64,000 bases of DNA from an uncultured Pseudomonadales bacterium. Its GTDB lineage: Bacteria; Patescibacteriota; Microgenomatia; UBA1400; MFAQ01. Positions within the stretch are counted from its first letter, which is position 1. Each line of letters starts with the position of its first letter. The notes below the pieces were generated by a model, which did no database searches, was not told the DNA's origin, and was given only the letters and a program-made list of their open reading frames with translations. Below are positions 50,799-59,310 of the stretch, piece after piece. The DNA lies in NCBI GenBank assembly GCA_964487665.1, contig CAZARR010000005.1, positions 100-64,099 on the forward strand, given 5' to 3'. The position numbers and the translations under genes are program-made.

Positions 50799-52782
50799 GT
50801 CGACGTAATTTATTTTTTATTTGCGTAGCCTCTTTTTCTGAAAGATTTTTGCTTACGTCGAGGATGGAAATTCGAAATGTGTGTTGGTTGTGGAACGATT
50901 CTTTAAAAATAACCCTTGAAATTCTTGGATCGGTTCGATAAATATTCTCAATTAATTCCCCAATAGGTAATGAGCTTTTAAGGGTAATGTCCTCGACAAG
51001 GGTTGGAAAACTTGGTAAGGATTTTAAATTTCTTTGCACAATAAACTGTCCGGTCAGTATTGAAATGTCTAGATCAATAAGAATAAGTTTGTGGGTGAGT
51101 GGTAATTGAAAAGCTAATAGGGTTTGATTTGAAATTTGTCCGATGTGGCCTATGATTGTGCTTCCTGTACCTATAATTGCAGTTTGTGTTTTTTCAAATG
51201 GTCCATATAAAGAATTTAATTTAGTAAAGTGAATATCGGCGGCATTAAAATGCTTAAATATATTCTCTAAATATCCTTTTGCAGTAAGATAATCGTCACC
51301 ATAAAAAGCCATTGCTAAGGATGGTTTTTCATATGGTAAAGCGCTATTGGTGTTTTTTGTGTATATTTGTGAAACCTCGAATATCCTGATTGGAGGGTCT
51401 ACTTTTCCTTTGTTGAGGCTGATGGTTTCTATTAAACTAGGAATTAAACTGGGTCGCATGATTGAGTTGTCGATGGAGAGCGGGTTTGTTACTTTAACCA
51501 AATTTTCAGAAGTTAATTGTGAAAACTTAAGTAATTGTGGAGAAATAAGTGAGTGTGAATAAATCTCGGTTAAGCCAAGATTGGCAATGTATGATCGAAC
51601 GTCGTACTCCCTCTGTAGTTGGTGATTAGAATTACTCGGGGCTGATGATAAAGAGGGAATTTTTCCAGATAAACGAAAATAACCATAAACACGCGAAATT
51701 TCCTCAGCAATATCATGGGGCAGCTTACAATCATTGATCCGCCACGACGGGACTCTTACGATGAGCTGTTTGGTATTAAGTAGGTTGAGCTTAAATCCAA
51801 GTGACTTTAGGGATGAATTGATCACATTTCGAGGAACACTTTCACCGATGAGGTTGGTAAGCCAATCGATATCAAGTTTAATTGACTGTTGAGGTATGGG
51901 ATTGGGGTAGATATCTATGATTTTGCTGGCTACTATACCGTGGCAGTGTTTGCGAATCAATCGAATTCCAGCATAGAGCGTCGGTAAAACAAGTTCTGGA
52001 TCTGGTTCTTTCTCAAAAATTTGAGCGGCGAGGGTTCTCTCTTGAGTATATAGCGAGGTGGTGCGGATTCTGTGGGGGTCGTAAGTCTGGACAAACAACA
52101 CAGCTCTAGAGGTGTTTTCATCAACCTCGCTATTTTTTGCACCCATAATTCCACAAAGGTCAATCAGCTGGCCAGAACCATCTTCAATGACAATATCATC
52201 CCCACGAAGGACATGAGAACGATTATCCAAAGTAGTAACCATCTCCCCATTCTTACTCGTGCGTAGTTTCATTGTGGACCCTTTAATCTTGTCGTAGTCA
52301 AATATATGGACTGGCTGGCCGTAAAGAAGTGTCAAATAGTTGGTTATGTCGACCAAATTATTTTGGGCTCGAATTGAACATGATTCGAGCTGGTTACTAA
52401 TCATGTTTGGGCTTGGTTTGATCTTGATAGAATCCAAAATAATGGCACAGAAGCGTTTTGCCAGAGATCCATCAATAATTTGGACGTTTAGAGGAAGATT
52501 GTTTTGTGTCGGAGTTGAAATAGGTTCCACGCGGGGTGATTTGAATTTGGCTTTGTAACCAAATCTTGGAAGTATTGCTGATGCTTCACGAGCTATTCCG
52601 AGGGCTGAGGCAGAATCGATTCGATTGGTGATTATTTCGATATCGTAAATATAATCATCTTTGGTTTTTGTTAAGTTGTCGACAGTGGGTCCACAGACTG
52701 ATAAACAATCAGCCAATTGTTGAGGCGATGCTGTGGTTTTTAGAAATTGACAAATTAGCGAGTGTGTTGTTTTGATATCCAT
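50782..52782 (-). CDS. pheT: Phenylalanyl-tRNA synthetase beta subunit (lacks the B2 OB domain)
   Basis: TNRID, NNLVDITNY, PSWR, EEISRVYGY, MRPSL. Confidence 0.93.
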   Translation of the reverse strand: MDIKTTHSLICQFLKTTASPQQLADCLSVCGPTVDNLTKTKDDYIYDIEIITNRIDSASALGIAREASAILPRFGYKAKFKSPRVEPISTPTQNNLPLNVQIIDGSLAKRFCAIILDSIKIKPSPNMISNQLESCSIRAQNNLVDITNYLTLLYGQPVHIFDYDKIKGSTMKLRTSKNGEMVTTLDNRSHVLRGDDIVIEDGSGQLIDLCGIMGAKNSEVDENTSRAVLFVQTYDPHRIRTTSLYTQERTLAAQIFEKEPDPELVLPTLYAGIRLIRKHCHGIVASKIIDIYPNPIPQQSIKLDIDWLTNLIGESVPRNVINSSLKSLGFKLNLLNTKQLIVRVPSWRINDCKLPHDIAEEISRVYGYFRLSGKIPSLSSAPSNSNHQLQREYDVRSYIANLGLTEIYSHSLISPQLLKFSQLTSENLVKVTNPLSIDNSIMRPSLIPSLIETISLNKGKVDPPIRIFEVSQIYTKNTNSALPYEKPSLAMAFYGDDYLTAKGYLENIFKHFNAADIHFTKLNSLYGPFEKTQTAIIGTGSTIIGHIGQISNQTLLAFQLPLTHKLILIDLDISILTGQFIVQRNLKSLPSFPTLVEDITLKSSLPIGELIENIYRTDPRISRVIFKESFHNQHTFRISILDVSKNLSEKEATQIKNKLRRLDQNF

Positions 52783-52783
52783 G

Positions 52784-53797
52784 TTAGTTTTGTCTAAGGT
52801 AGCGTAAATCTTGAAGATAAATATCTCGTAAGTTGTCAATAGATTGGTGTTTCATCATTAGTACCCTTTCCACTCCCCATCCAAAGGCAAAACCCGAGTA
52901 AATATTTGGGTCGACTTTGCCGTTTATTAATACTTGTGGGTGGACCATTCCTGCCCCACCAAGCTCTAACCAACCGGATTTACATACCTTGCATTTTTTG
53001 TTTCGAATAGTTCCTTGTCCTAGGCAGATACTGCAGTTGATATCTACTTCGAATGATGGTTCGGTAAATTGAAAATGATGGGGACGTAACCGAATTTTTC
53101 GGTCTGGACCAAAAAACCGATTGACAAAATAATTAGTTGTACCAATAAGGTGAGTGATGTTGATATTGCGGTCGATTAGCAGGCCTTCAAACTGGTGAAA
53201 CATTGAGGAGTGACGATTGGAAGATTGTCGGCGGTATGTTTTGCCAATGTTAATCATCCTAATTGGTGGATTTTTGACTAACTCCATTTCGCGAAGCTGT
53301 CCGTTGCTGGTATGTGCAGTAAGAACTGTGTTTTCGTCAACATAGAAGGTTTCCTGATCATCGCGAGCTGGATGGTTTTTGGGGATATTTAAGCCCTCTG
53401 CGTAATACCAATCGTTTTCAATTTCTCGGTAACGGCGACGCACAAAACCGAGACTGTTAAATATGTCTTCAATTTCTTTGATAGTTTGAGTAATTATGTG
53501 TAGATAACCTAGGGGTATTTCTCTTCCGGGTGTAGTAACATCGATTAACTCTTGTTGAGTAGAAAGTAGTGTTTCTTTTTGAGATATTGAATTTTCTAGA
53601 TTGTGCTTAAGTGTGTTGAACTTTTGGCCCAGTAGGGCTTTTTGCCCGTGAGAAAGCTGACGAAACATTGTATTTAGAAGACCATTCTTGCCAATGTACT
53701 TAGCGCGAAGATTATCCAAAGTAGCAAGAGACGTTATTCCAGCTACTTCATGATTGAACTGGGAAATAATTGTTTCGAATCGGGTGTCTGGTAGCAT
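52784..53797 (-). CDS. pheS: Phenylalanyl-tRNA synthetase alpha subunit
   Basis: HPARDDQETF, FHQFEG, FTEPS, GFAFGWGVER. Confidence 0.96.
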   Translation of the reverse strand: MLPDTRFETIISQFNHEVAGITSLATLDNLRAKYIGKNGLLNTMFRQLSHGQKALLGQKFNTLKHNLENSISQKETLLSTQQELIDVTTPGREIPLGYLHIITQTIKEIEDIFNSLGFVRRRYREIENDWYYAEGLNIPKNHPARDDQETFYVDENTVLTAHTSNGQLREMELVKNPPIRMINIGKTYRRQSSNRHSSMFHQFEGLLIDRNINITHLIGTTNYFVNRFFGPDRKIRLRPHHFQFTEPSFEVDINCSICLGQGTIRNKKCKVCKSGWLELGGAGMVHPQVLINGKVDPNIYSGFAFGWGVERVLMMKHQSIDNLRDIYLQDLRYLRQN

Positions 53798-53813
53798 CTG
53801 TATGGATGATAAC

Positions 53814-53838
53814 AAAAAAGCTCCCTCTTTGGGGAGCT
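53814..53838 (-). terminator. Terminator between rplT and pheS
   Basis: AGCUCCC-CAAAGA-GGGAGCU-UUUUU. Confidence 0.75.
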
Positions 53839-53860
53839 AAAGTCACCACTCCCCATTGAA

Positions 53861-54214
53861 CTAGCTGTTGATAAATTGAAATACTTTGGTAAAAATGTCG
53901 GGCTTGGTAGATGCCAGTTGGGATAGTATTTTTCGGTCGAGGGTGACGTTTTTTACCTTAAGCGAATTAATGAAACGAGAATATGACAAGGGGTTTGCTT
54001 GGGAAAGTAGTCCGGCCTTGATTCGAATTTGCCAAAGTCGTCGGAAATCACGCTTGCGACGTTTGCGTCCAAAAAAAGCGTATTCACCGGCGTGGAGGAC
54101 GGCCTCGTGAGCTACCTTGTAAAGACGGTGTTTGCTCATCCGGTACCCTTTGGCTAAACCCAAAACCTTTTTGTGACGGAATCGACGTTCACTGCCTGTT
54201 TTTACTCTGGACAT
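53861..54214 (-). CDS. rplT: 50S ribosomal protein L20
   Basis: MSRVK, AKGY, KRDFRRLW..RI, LDRKIL. Confidence 0.97.
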   Translation of the reverse strand: MSRVKTGSERRFRHKKVLGLAKGYRMSKHRLYKVAHEAVLHAGEYAFFGRKRRKRDFRRLWQIRIKAGLLSQANPLSYSRFINSLKVKNVTLDRKILSQLASTKPDIFTKVFQFINS

Positions 54215-54226
54215 TTTAAAAAGATA

Positions 54227-54427
54227 TTATTGATTGTGTAACATTGATCGTATTTTTTTAGCGAAGGCACCGGTTACTTCAATGTAGTGTCGAAAACGTC
54301 GAATGGCCTTTTTACTTTTACGTCGACGCAGGTGGCGCATGGTTGGTGTACGACGCAAAACTTTGCCTGTGGCGGTAACTTTGAACCTTTTTGCAACGAT
54401 TTTTCTAGTTTTCTGTTTTGATTTCAT
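54227..54427 (-). CDS. rpmI: 50S ribosomal protein L35
   Basis: KQKTRK..AKRFKVTATGK. Confidence 0.93.
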   Translation of the reverse strand: MKSKQKTRKIVAKRFKVTATGKVLRRTPTMRHLRRRKSKKAIRRFRHYIEVTGAFAKKIRSMLHNQ

Positions 54428-54428
54428 G

Positions 54429-54932
54429 CTATTTATTGGGCTTAATTTGGGCAATTAGGAGCTTGCCCATAAGCTTTGGTGGTTCGACCAGAGTACTGAC
54501 GTCTTTAAGTTGCTCAATGGCTTTGGCCAAAAGCTGTTCACCAAACTGCTTTCTGGTGATTTCTCTGCCGGAGAATTTTACCACTAGTTTGACCCTATTG
54601 CCATTGGAAAGGAAGTCTCTAACCCTGTTTAGGCGGATATTTATATCGTTGTCCTCCATAAACGGACCAAAACGAATTTCTTTGGTATCTTGGGTGGTTT
54701 TTTGACCGAGACGTTGCTTCTTTTCTTCTTGATAGCGAAATTTTACAAAGTCGACAATGCGGGCTACGGGGGGTGTAGCACCGGCCGCAACCTCAACCAG
54801 GTCCATGTCTAAGCTTTGGGCTTTGGCAATTGCTTCAGGGGTTGGTAAAACTCCAATTTGCTTGCCTTCGTGGTCAATGACCCGAACAGAAGAAGCTTTA
54901 ATATACTGGTTAATCCGGTAAAACTTACTCAA
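54429..54932 (-). CDS. infC: Translation initiation factor IF-3
   Basis: INQYI..VRVI, DLVEV, PPVARI, GRE. Confidence 0.95.
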   Translation of the reverse strand: MSKFYRINQYIKASSVRVIDHEGKQIGVLPTPEAIAKAQSLDMDLVEVAAGATPPVARIVDFVKFRYQEEKKQRLGQKTTQDTKEIRFGPFMEDNDINIRLNRVRDFLSNGNRVKLVVKFSGREITRKQFGEQLLAKAIEQLKDVSTLVEPPKLMGKLLIAQIKPNK

Positions 54933-54943
54933 GATTTGGTTGG

Positions 54944-56212
54944 TTAAAGTAACTTTTGATCAATTTCGATCTTGATTTTAGCAATAAAAGCTTGCAAAGT
55001 CATCTGTCCGAGGTCAGGTTGGTTCCGGGAACGTACAGAAACGATGTTTTGGGATTGTTCTTTTTCGCCTAAAATTAGCATATAAGGAATTTTTTGCGCT
55101 TGAGAGTTGTGGATTTTTTTGCCCAGAGTTTCTGCTGATTGGTCAAGCTCGGTGCGAATGTTTAGGGATTTTAAGCTCTCATCAACCTGTTTGGCATAAG
55201 GCAATATTTTGTCGGAAATGGGAAGCAAGGCAACCTGAACCGGAGAAAGCCAGGTTGGAAGTGAACCCGCAAAATGTTCCAATAAAAAGGCCGCGACTCT
55301 CTCGATAGCACCAATACTTGAACGGTGAATAACAATTGCCATTTGTTCGAGACCATCAGCACCAATAAATTTAAGATTAAACCTTTCAGGCATTACAAAA
55401 TCGTACTGGACGGTAAAGGCAGTTTCTTCGACTCCGGTTATCTTTTTCATTTGTATATCAATTTTTGGTCCATAAAAAGCAGCTTCGTCTGCTGCCTCGA
55501 AATAATCAGCGTTTCTTTCGACTAGAGAGTGGCGGAGTAGGTCTTCCGCGTCATCCCAGCCTTGTGGATCGTCAACGTATTTAGTTGTGTTTTTTCTGTC
55601 GCCAAGAGAGAGTCTATATCTGTAGTTACTACCAGGTTTCAGGCCAAATGTTTTTGCTACAAAATCAATTAAATTCAGGGCTCCTTTAATTTCCTCTTTA
55701 GCCTGTGCTTTGTTGGCGCAAATAATATGTGAATCGGCCAAACAAAAAGATCTGACTCGGGTGAGTCCAGATAATACCCCAGAAAGCTCGTACCGGTATA
55801 GCTTGGCGATCTCTGCAATCCGCATGGGTAATTCCTTGTAACTACGAGGCTGTGAGAGGAAGAGTTCAAAGTGGTGAGGGCAGGTCATAGGACGAAGCAT
55901 ATATTCTTCATCGTCAATTTTGATGGGGGCATACATTGTTTCTTTGTAGTAAGGGTAGTGGCCGGATTTTTTGTACAAATCAATTTTTCCGATATCTGGG
56001 GTGTAAACATGTTGGTAGCCCCATTTGAGTTCTGTATCCACCACAAAGTGTTCTAGTTCCCTTCTAAATGTGGCACCTTTTGCAGTCCACAAAGGCAATC
56101 CTTTGCCGACCACATCTGAGAATGTAAATAATCCTAATTCTCGACCCATTACTCGGTGATCACGGGGGTCAAGGGATTCGCTTTCTTGATGGTCTTGGTT
56201 TATTGTTTGCAT
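54944..56212 (-). CDS. thrS: Threonyl-tRNA synthetase lacking the N-terminal TGS/editing domains
   Basis: RDHR at the very N-terminus, PMTCPHH, GLTRVR, AFYGPKID; 422 aa. Confidence 0.96.
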   Translation of the reverse strand: MQTINQDHQESESLDPRDHRVMGRELGLFTFSDVVGKGLPLWTAKGATFRRELEHFVVDTELKWGYQHVYTPDIGKIDLYKKSGHYPYYKETMYAPIKIDDEEYMLRPMTCPHHFELFLSQPRSYKELPMRIAEIAKLYRYELSGVLSGLTRVRSFCLADSHIICANKAQAKEEIKGALNLIDFVAKTFGLKPGSNYRYRLSLGDRKNTTKYVDDPQGWDDAEDLLRHSLVERNADYFEAADEAAFYGPKIDIQMKKITGVEETAFTVQYDFVMPERFNLKFIGADGLEQMAIVIHRSSIGAIERVAAFLLEHFAGSLPTWLSPVQVALLPISDKILPYAKQVDESLKSLNIRTELDQSAETLGKKIHNSQAQKIPYMLILGEKEQSQNIVSVRSRNQPDLGQMTLQAFIAKIKIEIDQKLL

Positions 56213-56229
56213 TTGATTATATTTTTAAT

Positions 56230-56362
56230 AAAAAACCACCTTCGATTGCAGGATCCCGTAAGGGAGGTTCCATCCTGCTTACCAGTGGTGGTCTCTTGAT
56301 TGTCAGATTGGGGCTGACTCCCCTGCTTCTTTATGGTTGGTGTCCATATTCTAACGAAGCAT
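56230..56362 (-). promoter_or_regulatory. T-box-like riboswitch, Thr specificity (putative)
   Basis: Complete antiterminator GCAGGA-UGGAACC-UCCC-UUAC-GGGA-UCCUGC; ACC in the first hairpin loop; GGGG/CCCC stem with GUCAG/CUGAC pseudoknot. Confidence 0.8.
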
Positions 56363-56377
56363 TTCAGTTGTAATGGC

Positions 56378-56407
56378 AGTATAAGACTTGTTACGTTGTT
56401 ATTTCAA
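56378..56407 (-). promoter_or_regulatory. sigma70 promoter for the thrS leader
   Basis: TTGAAA-18 nt-TATACT. Confidence 0.6.
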
Positions 56408-56494
56408 GTGGTGGTGTTATTCTAGCATTTGCTCGAACCCTTTTTGAACTGGCAAAACCGCTCCGCTTTCTTAATTCCGAACAAGTTTCGTTTG

Positions 56495-56602
56495 GTGGTC
56501 TTCTTTAGAGAAATTCTAACCTATTTCCGACAGAATTATTAACAGCGGAGCTCACCGCTCCGCGTGCGCGCCCCCACCCGCGCACGCCTCGCGGTTCGCA
56601 CT
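56495..56602. repeat. 108-bp inverted repeat, left element end (partner 61035-61142)
   Basis: Aligned by eye, 107/108 identical. Confidence 0.95.
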
Positions 56603-56969
56603 ATTTGTATTTTCGCTCGGTTTCCCTCGCTACGTGCTAACGCCCGCTTTGCACGCGATTTTTAAGAAAAGCGGTATCCCGTCCTCAAAGTCGAAGCTTC
56701 GCAACTCCATTTCGGTCGGGATATATTTGCCTTACGGCAAAGTGGCGATATTCATCACCACATTTATATGTTCGCCACAAGATCACATCTAGTGATTGTG
56801 GCGAAACTGTTCTCAAGATATGGCTCGCTCCACTCGCCATTAAATACCCACTGATTAGGAATCGATTTTATCAGTGGGTATTTATGCCTTGAGACAGTTT
56901 TTGTCTCTCAGTCGTGGGCCGATTTCCAGAGAGATGATACCTCTTACGTTTTTCCTCGAATGAAGTTGT

Positions 56970-57758
56970 TTATAAATTCTTAATCTGTAAAGAATCTGAG
57001 GATATAGCTTCATATATACACTTTATTTTTCTCATTTTAAGTTTATCTATAAAGATTTTTCTTTGTGCGCTCACTCGGACATAAGCATCAATTACAGCTT
57101 TTGTTGGAATAACTGGATTATTTTCATTCACCTCCCTATCTTTCAGCCGGGATAATGAAGCATCAAGGGAAGCCAAAATATCAACCACATAAATTATTTT
57201 GTATTCATTCTTAATTGCCATGTTGATTATCATTTCCAGATCTTCAACATATTCAAGTGTTCTTTCTGTGATGAAGCTTTTTCTTAATGAGAATATCTTC
57301 TCATACGTCCAAAGGGTCACAAAATACGCTTCAAGATCGTACTGATTATCTTTTGTTCCTGTTATGGCAAACTTTTTTAGTTTACTCCGTATGTTGTCTG
57401 GTCCAATTACTCCTGACTTTATTTTGAAAACATTTTTAATAAAAGTTGATTTCCCCGCTCCGGGCTGGCCTCTCACTATTATTACGGATGGTGATAATTT
57501 ATGACCCAACTTTTTTTGTATAATGGTTTCAATTTTTTTCAAGTTATTATTATTCTCCTGAATTAACTCATAGGTGATTTTTTTATGAAATATTTGTCTT
57601 AGAGGAACCCAGTTGCTATGGAGCTTTAAAGTTTCATAAGTTTCGTCCCAGTCATTCTTTTGCCAGTCTTTTTTAAGATTCGAAAAAAGTTTAAATGTTT
57701 CTAGGTTGGGAAACAACCATAATTTGACGTTATTAAGAAAATATAAAAAAGCTTCCAT
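56970..57758 (-). CDS. P-loop kinase, zeta-toxin/AAA_33-like
   Basis: GQPGAGKST, IGPDNIR, FITERTL. Confidence 0.75.
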   Translation of the reverse strand: MEAFLYFLNNVKLWLFPNLETFKLFSNLKKDWQKNDWDETYETLKLHSNWVPLRQIFHKKITYELIQENNNNLKKIETIIQKKLGHKLSPSVIIVRGQPGAGKSTFIKNVFKIKSGVIGPDNIRSKLKKFAITGTKDNQYDLEAYFVTLWTYEKIFSLRKSFITERTLEYVEDLEMIINMAIKNEYKIIYVVDILASLDASLSRLKDREVNENNPVIPTKAVIDAYVRVSAQRKIFIDKLKMRKIKCIYEAISSDSLQIKNL

Positions 57759-58508
57759 CTATTTCACAGCAGTAATTAAAAAAGGATCCGATATTACAGA
57801 TATTTCTCCGTTGACAAATAACTCATCAATTCTGCTCATGTCTTTCTCAGGATCAAAGTCTCTTATTATTGGTGCCATTGTGAAGATCGTGATAATGTCT
57901 TCCCGTGTGTAGCTTTTATTAAAGCTGAATTGAGAGTATGAAAATGTTTGCGGTTTCTCTTTTCTTAATTTTTCAATGTATATCAGAGGATCAGTCAGCT
58001 TCATTCTTTTTGTAAATAGTTCGGTAATTCCACCGAATCCCTTAAGTAATCCATATTCTTTAAAAATAAACAGACCTCCTGGTTTTAATACCCGAAACAC
58101 CTCAGAAAAAGAAAAATTAGTAGCTAATTTATTAGTTATCACATCAAAATAATTATCCTCAAAAGGTAAAGAAAAGTTATCTCCGTAAACTATTTTTATT
58201 TGAGGAAAATCTTTGCATTTTGCGGATGCCTCTGTGACCATTTTTTCTGATAAATCTATACCATATAAACTTTTCCCCTTAATATTTTGTAGATTCTTAA
58301 TTATTTCGGTAAGTACATAGCCATTGCCTGTGCCGATATCTAACAACTTTCCTAAGTCAAATTCGTTCAGATGATTGGCCGCCAACTTAATTAAAGAGCT
58401 TGTTGTATCATCTGTGGCTTGATGTGAACCATAAAATGATTCTCTCGTCTTGACTACCTTATTGGTGTAAAAAGACGCACTGGAATTATTGTCTTGCGAT
58501 CGGTTCAT
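57759..58508 (-). CDS. Class I SAM-dependent methyltransferase
   Basis: LLDIGTGNG, GIDLS, LPFEDNYFD, RVLKPGG. Confidence 0.9.
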   Translation of the reverse strand: MNRSQDNNSSASFYTNKVVKTRESFYGSHQATDDTTSSLIKLAANHLNEFDLGKLLDIGTGNGYVLTEIIKNLQNIKGKSLYGIDLSEKMVTEASAKCKDFPQIKIVYGDNFSLPFEDNYFDVITNKLATNFSFSEVFRVLKPGGLFIFKEYGLLKGFGGITELFTKRMKLTDPLIYIEKLRKEKPQTFSYSQFSFNKSYTREDIITIFTMAPIIRDFDPEKDMSRIDELFVNGEISVISDPFLITAVK

Positions 58509-59310
58509 ACTTTGTGGCCTTAACAATAATTGTCCCAGGAATTCTCCGCAGATGCTCATAACTGAAAGGATTGGCTTTTGGGTTACCAACGTACCTCGAT
58601 CTGGTGGCAAAATTATTTGACCTTTCCTCTAAAATTGGCTCAGGTTCTAATAAATTATTGATTACGAATCCAGCTTTGATGACAGACATGACATAATCAG
58701 AAACAGTTTTAAATGATCCGGTCATTGTGGCAGAAATGTTGTCTTCCGGAAACTCGTATTGCCAAGTCTTCATTTCACGATCAAAATAATTATTAAGGAT
58801 AAAGTTATCTTCACTATTCCAATAACCGTGATCTCTAACCGGATGGTCGGCGCTAAAAACTAAAGATCCATTCGGTTTTAATAATCTAAACATTTGTCTC
58901 ATCACACTTTCAAGTGAATCCACGGTCATGCAATATTGAAGAGCAAATGCAGAAACCACCAAATCAAAGGATTCAGGACCAAAATGCTTTTCTACTTCTT
59001 CAAAGTTGCCTTGAACAAATTCAACTATGGCTTTTTCAGATATGGCAAGTTCTTTTCCGTGTTTTAACTGCTCTTCGGATATGTCAAATGCGGTGACTTC
59101 TGCTCCGCGTTTCGATAGAAAAATAGAATTTTGGGCAGATCCAGAACCTAACTCTAAGACTTTCTTGCCCTTAACAGTGCCAAGCAACGTATCTAAATCA
59201 CTCGAATCGCAAAGCGGACCCCAGTAGTATTTATTAGTCTTAATATCGTATCTTTTTTGATAGCTTTTGGATATCTGTTCCCAACCTTCTTTGTTATCAA
59301 GCCTTTTCAT
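58486..59310 (-). CDS. Class I SAM-dependent methyltransferase
   Basis: VLELGSGSA, AFDISEEQL, RLLKPNG, HP. Confidence 0.9.
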   Translation of the reverse strand: MKRLDNKEGWEQISKSYQKRYDIKTNKYYWGPLCDSSDLDTLLGTVKGKKVLELGSGSAQNSIFLSKRGAEVTAFDISEEQLKHGKELAISEKAIVEFVQGNFEEVEKHFGPESFDLVVSAFALQYCMTVDSLESVMRQMFRLLKPNGSLVFSADHPVRDHGYWNSEDNFILNNYFDREMKTWQYEFPEDNISATMTGSFKTVSDYVMSVIKAGFVINNLLEPEPILEERSNNFATRSRYVGNPKANPFSYEHLRRIPGTIIVKATKYEPIARQ

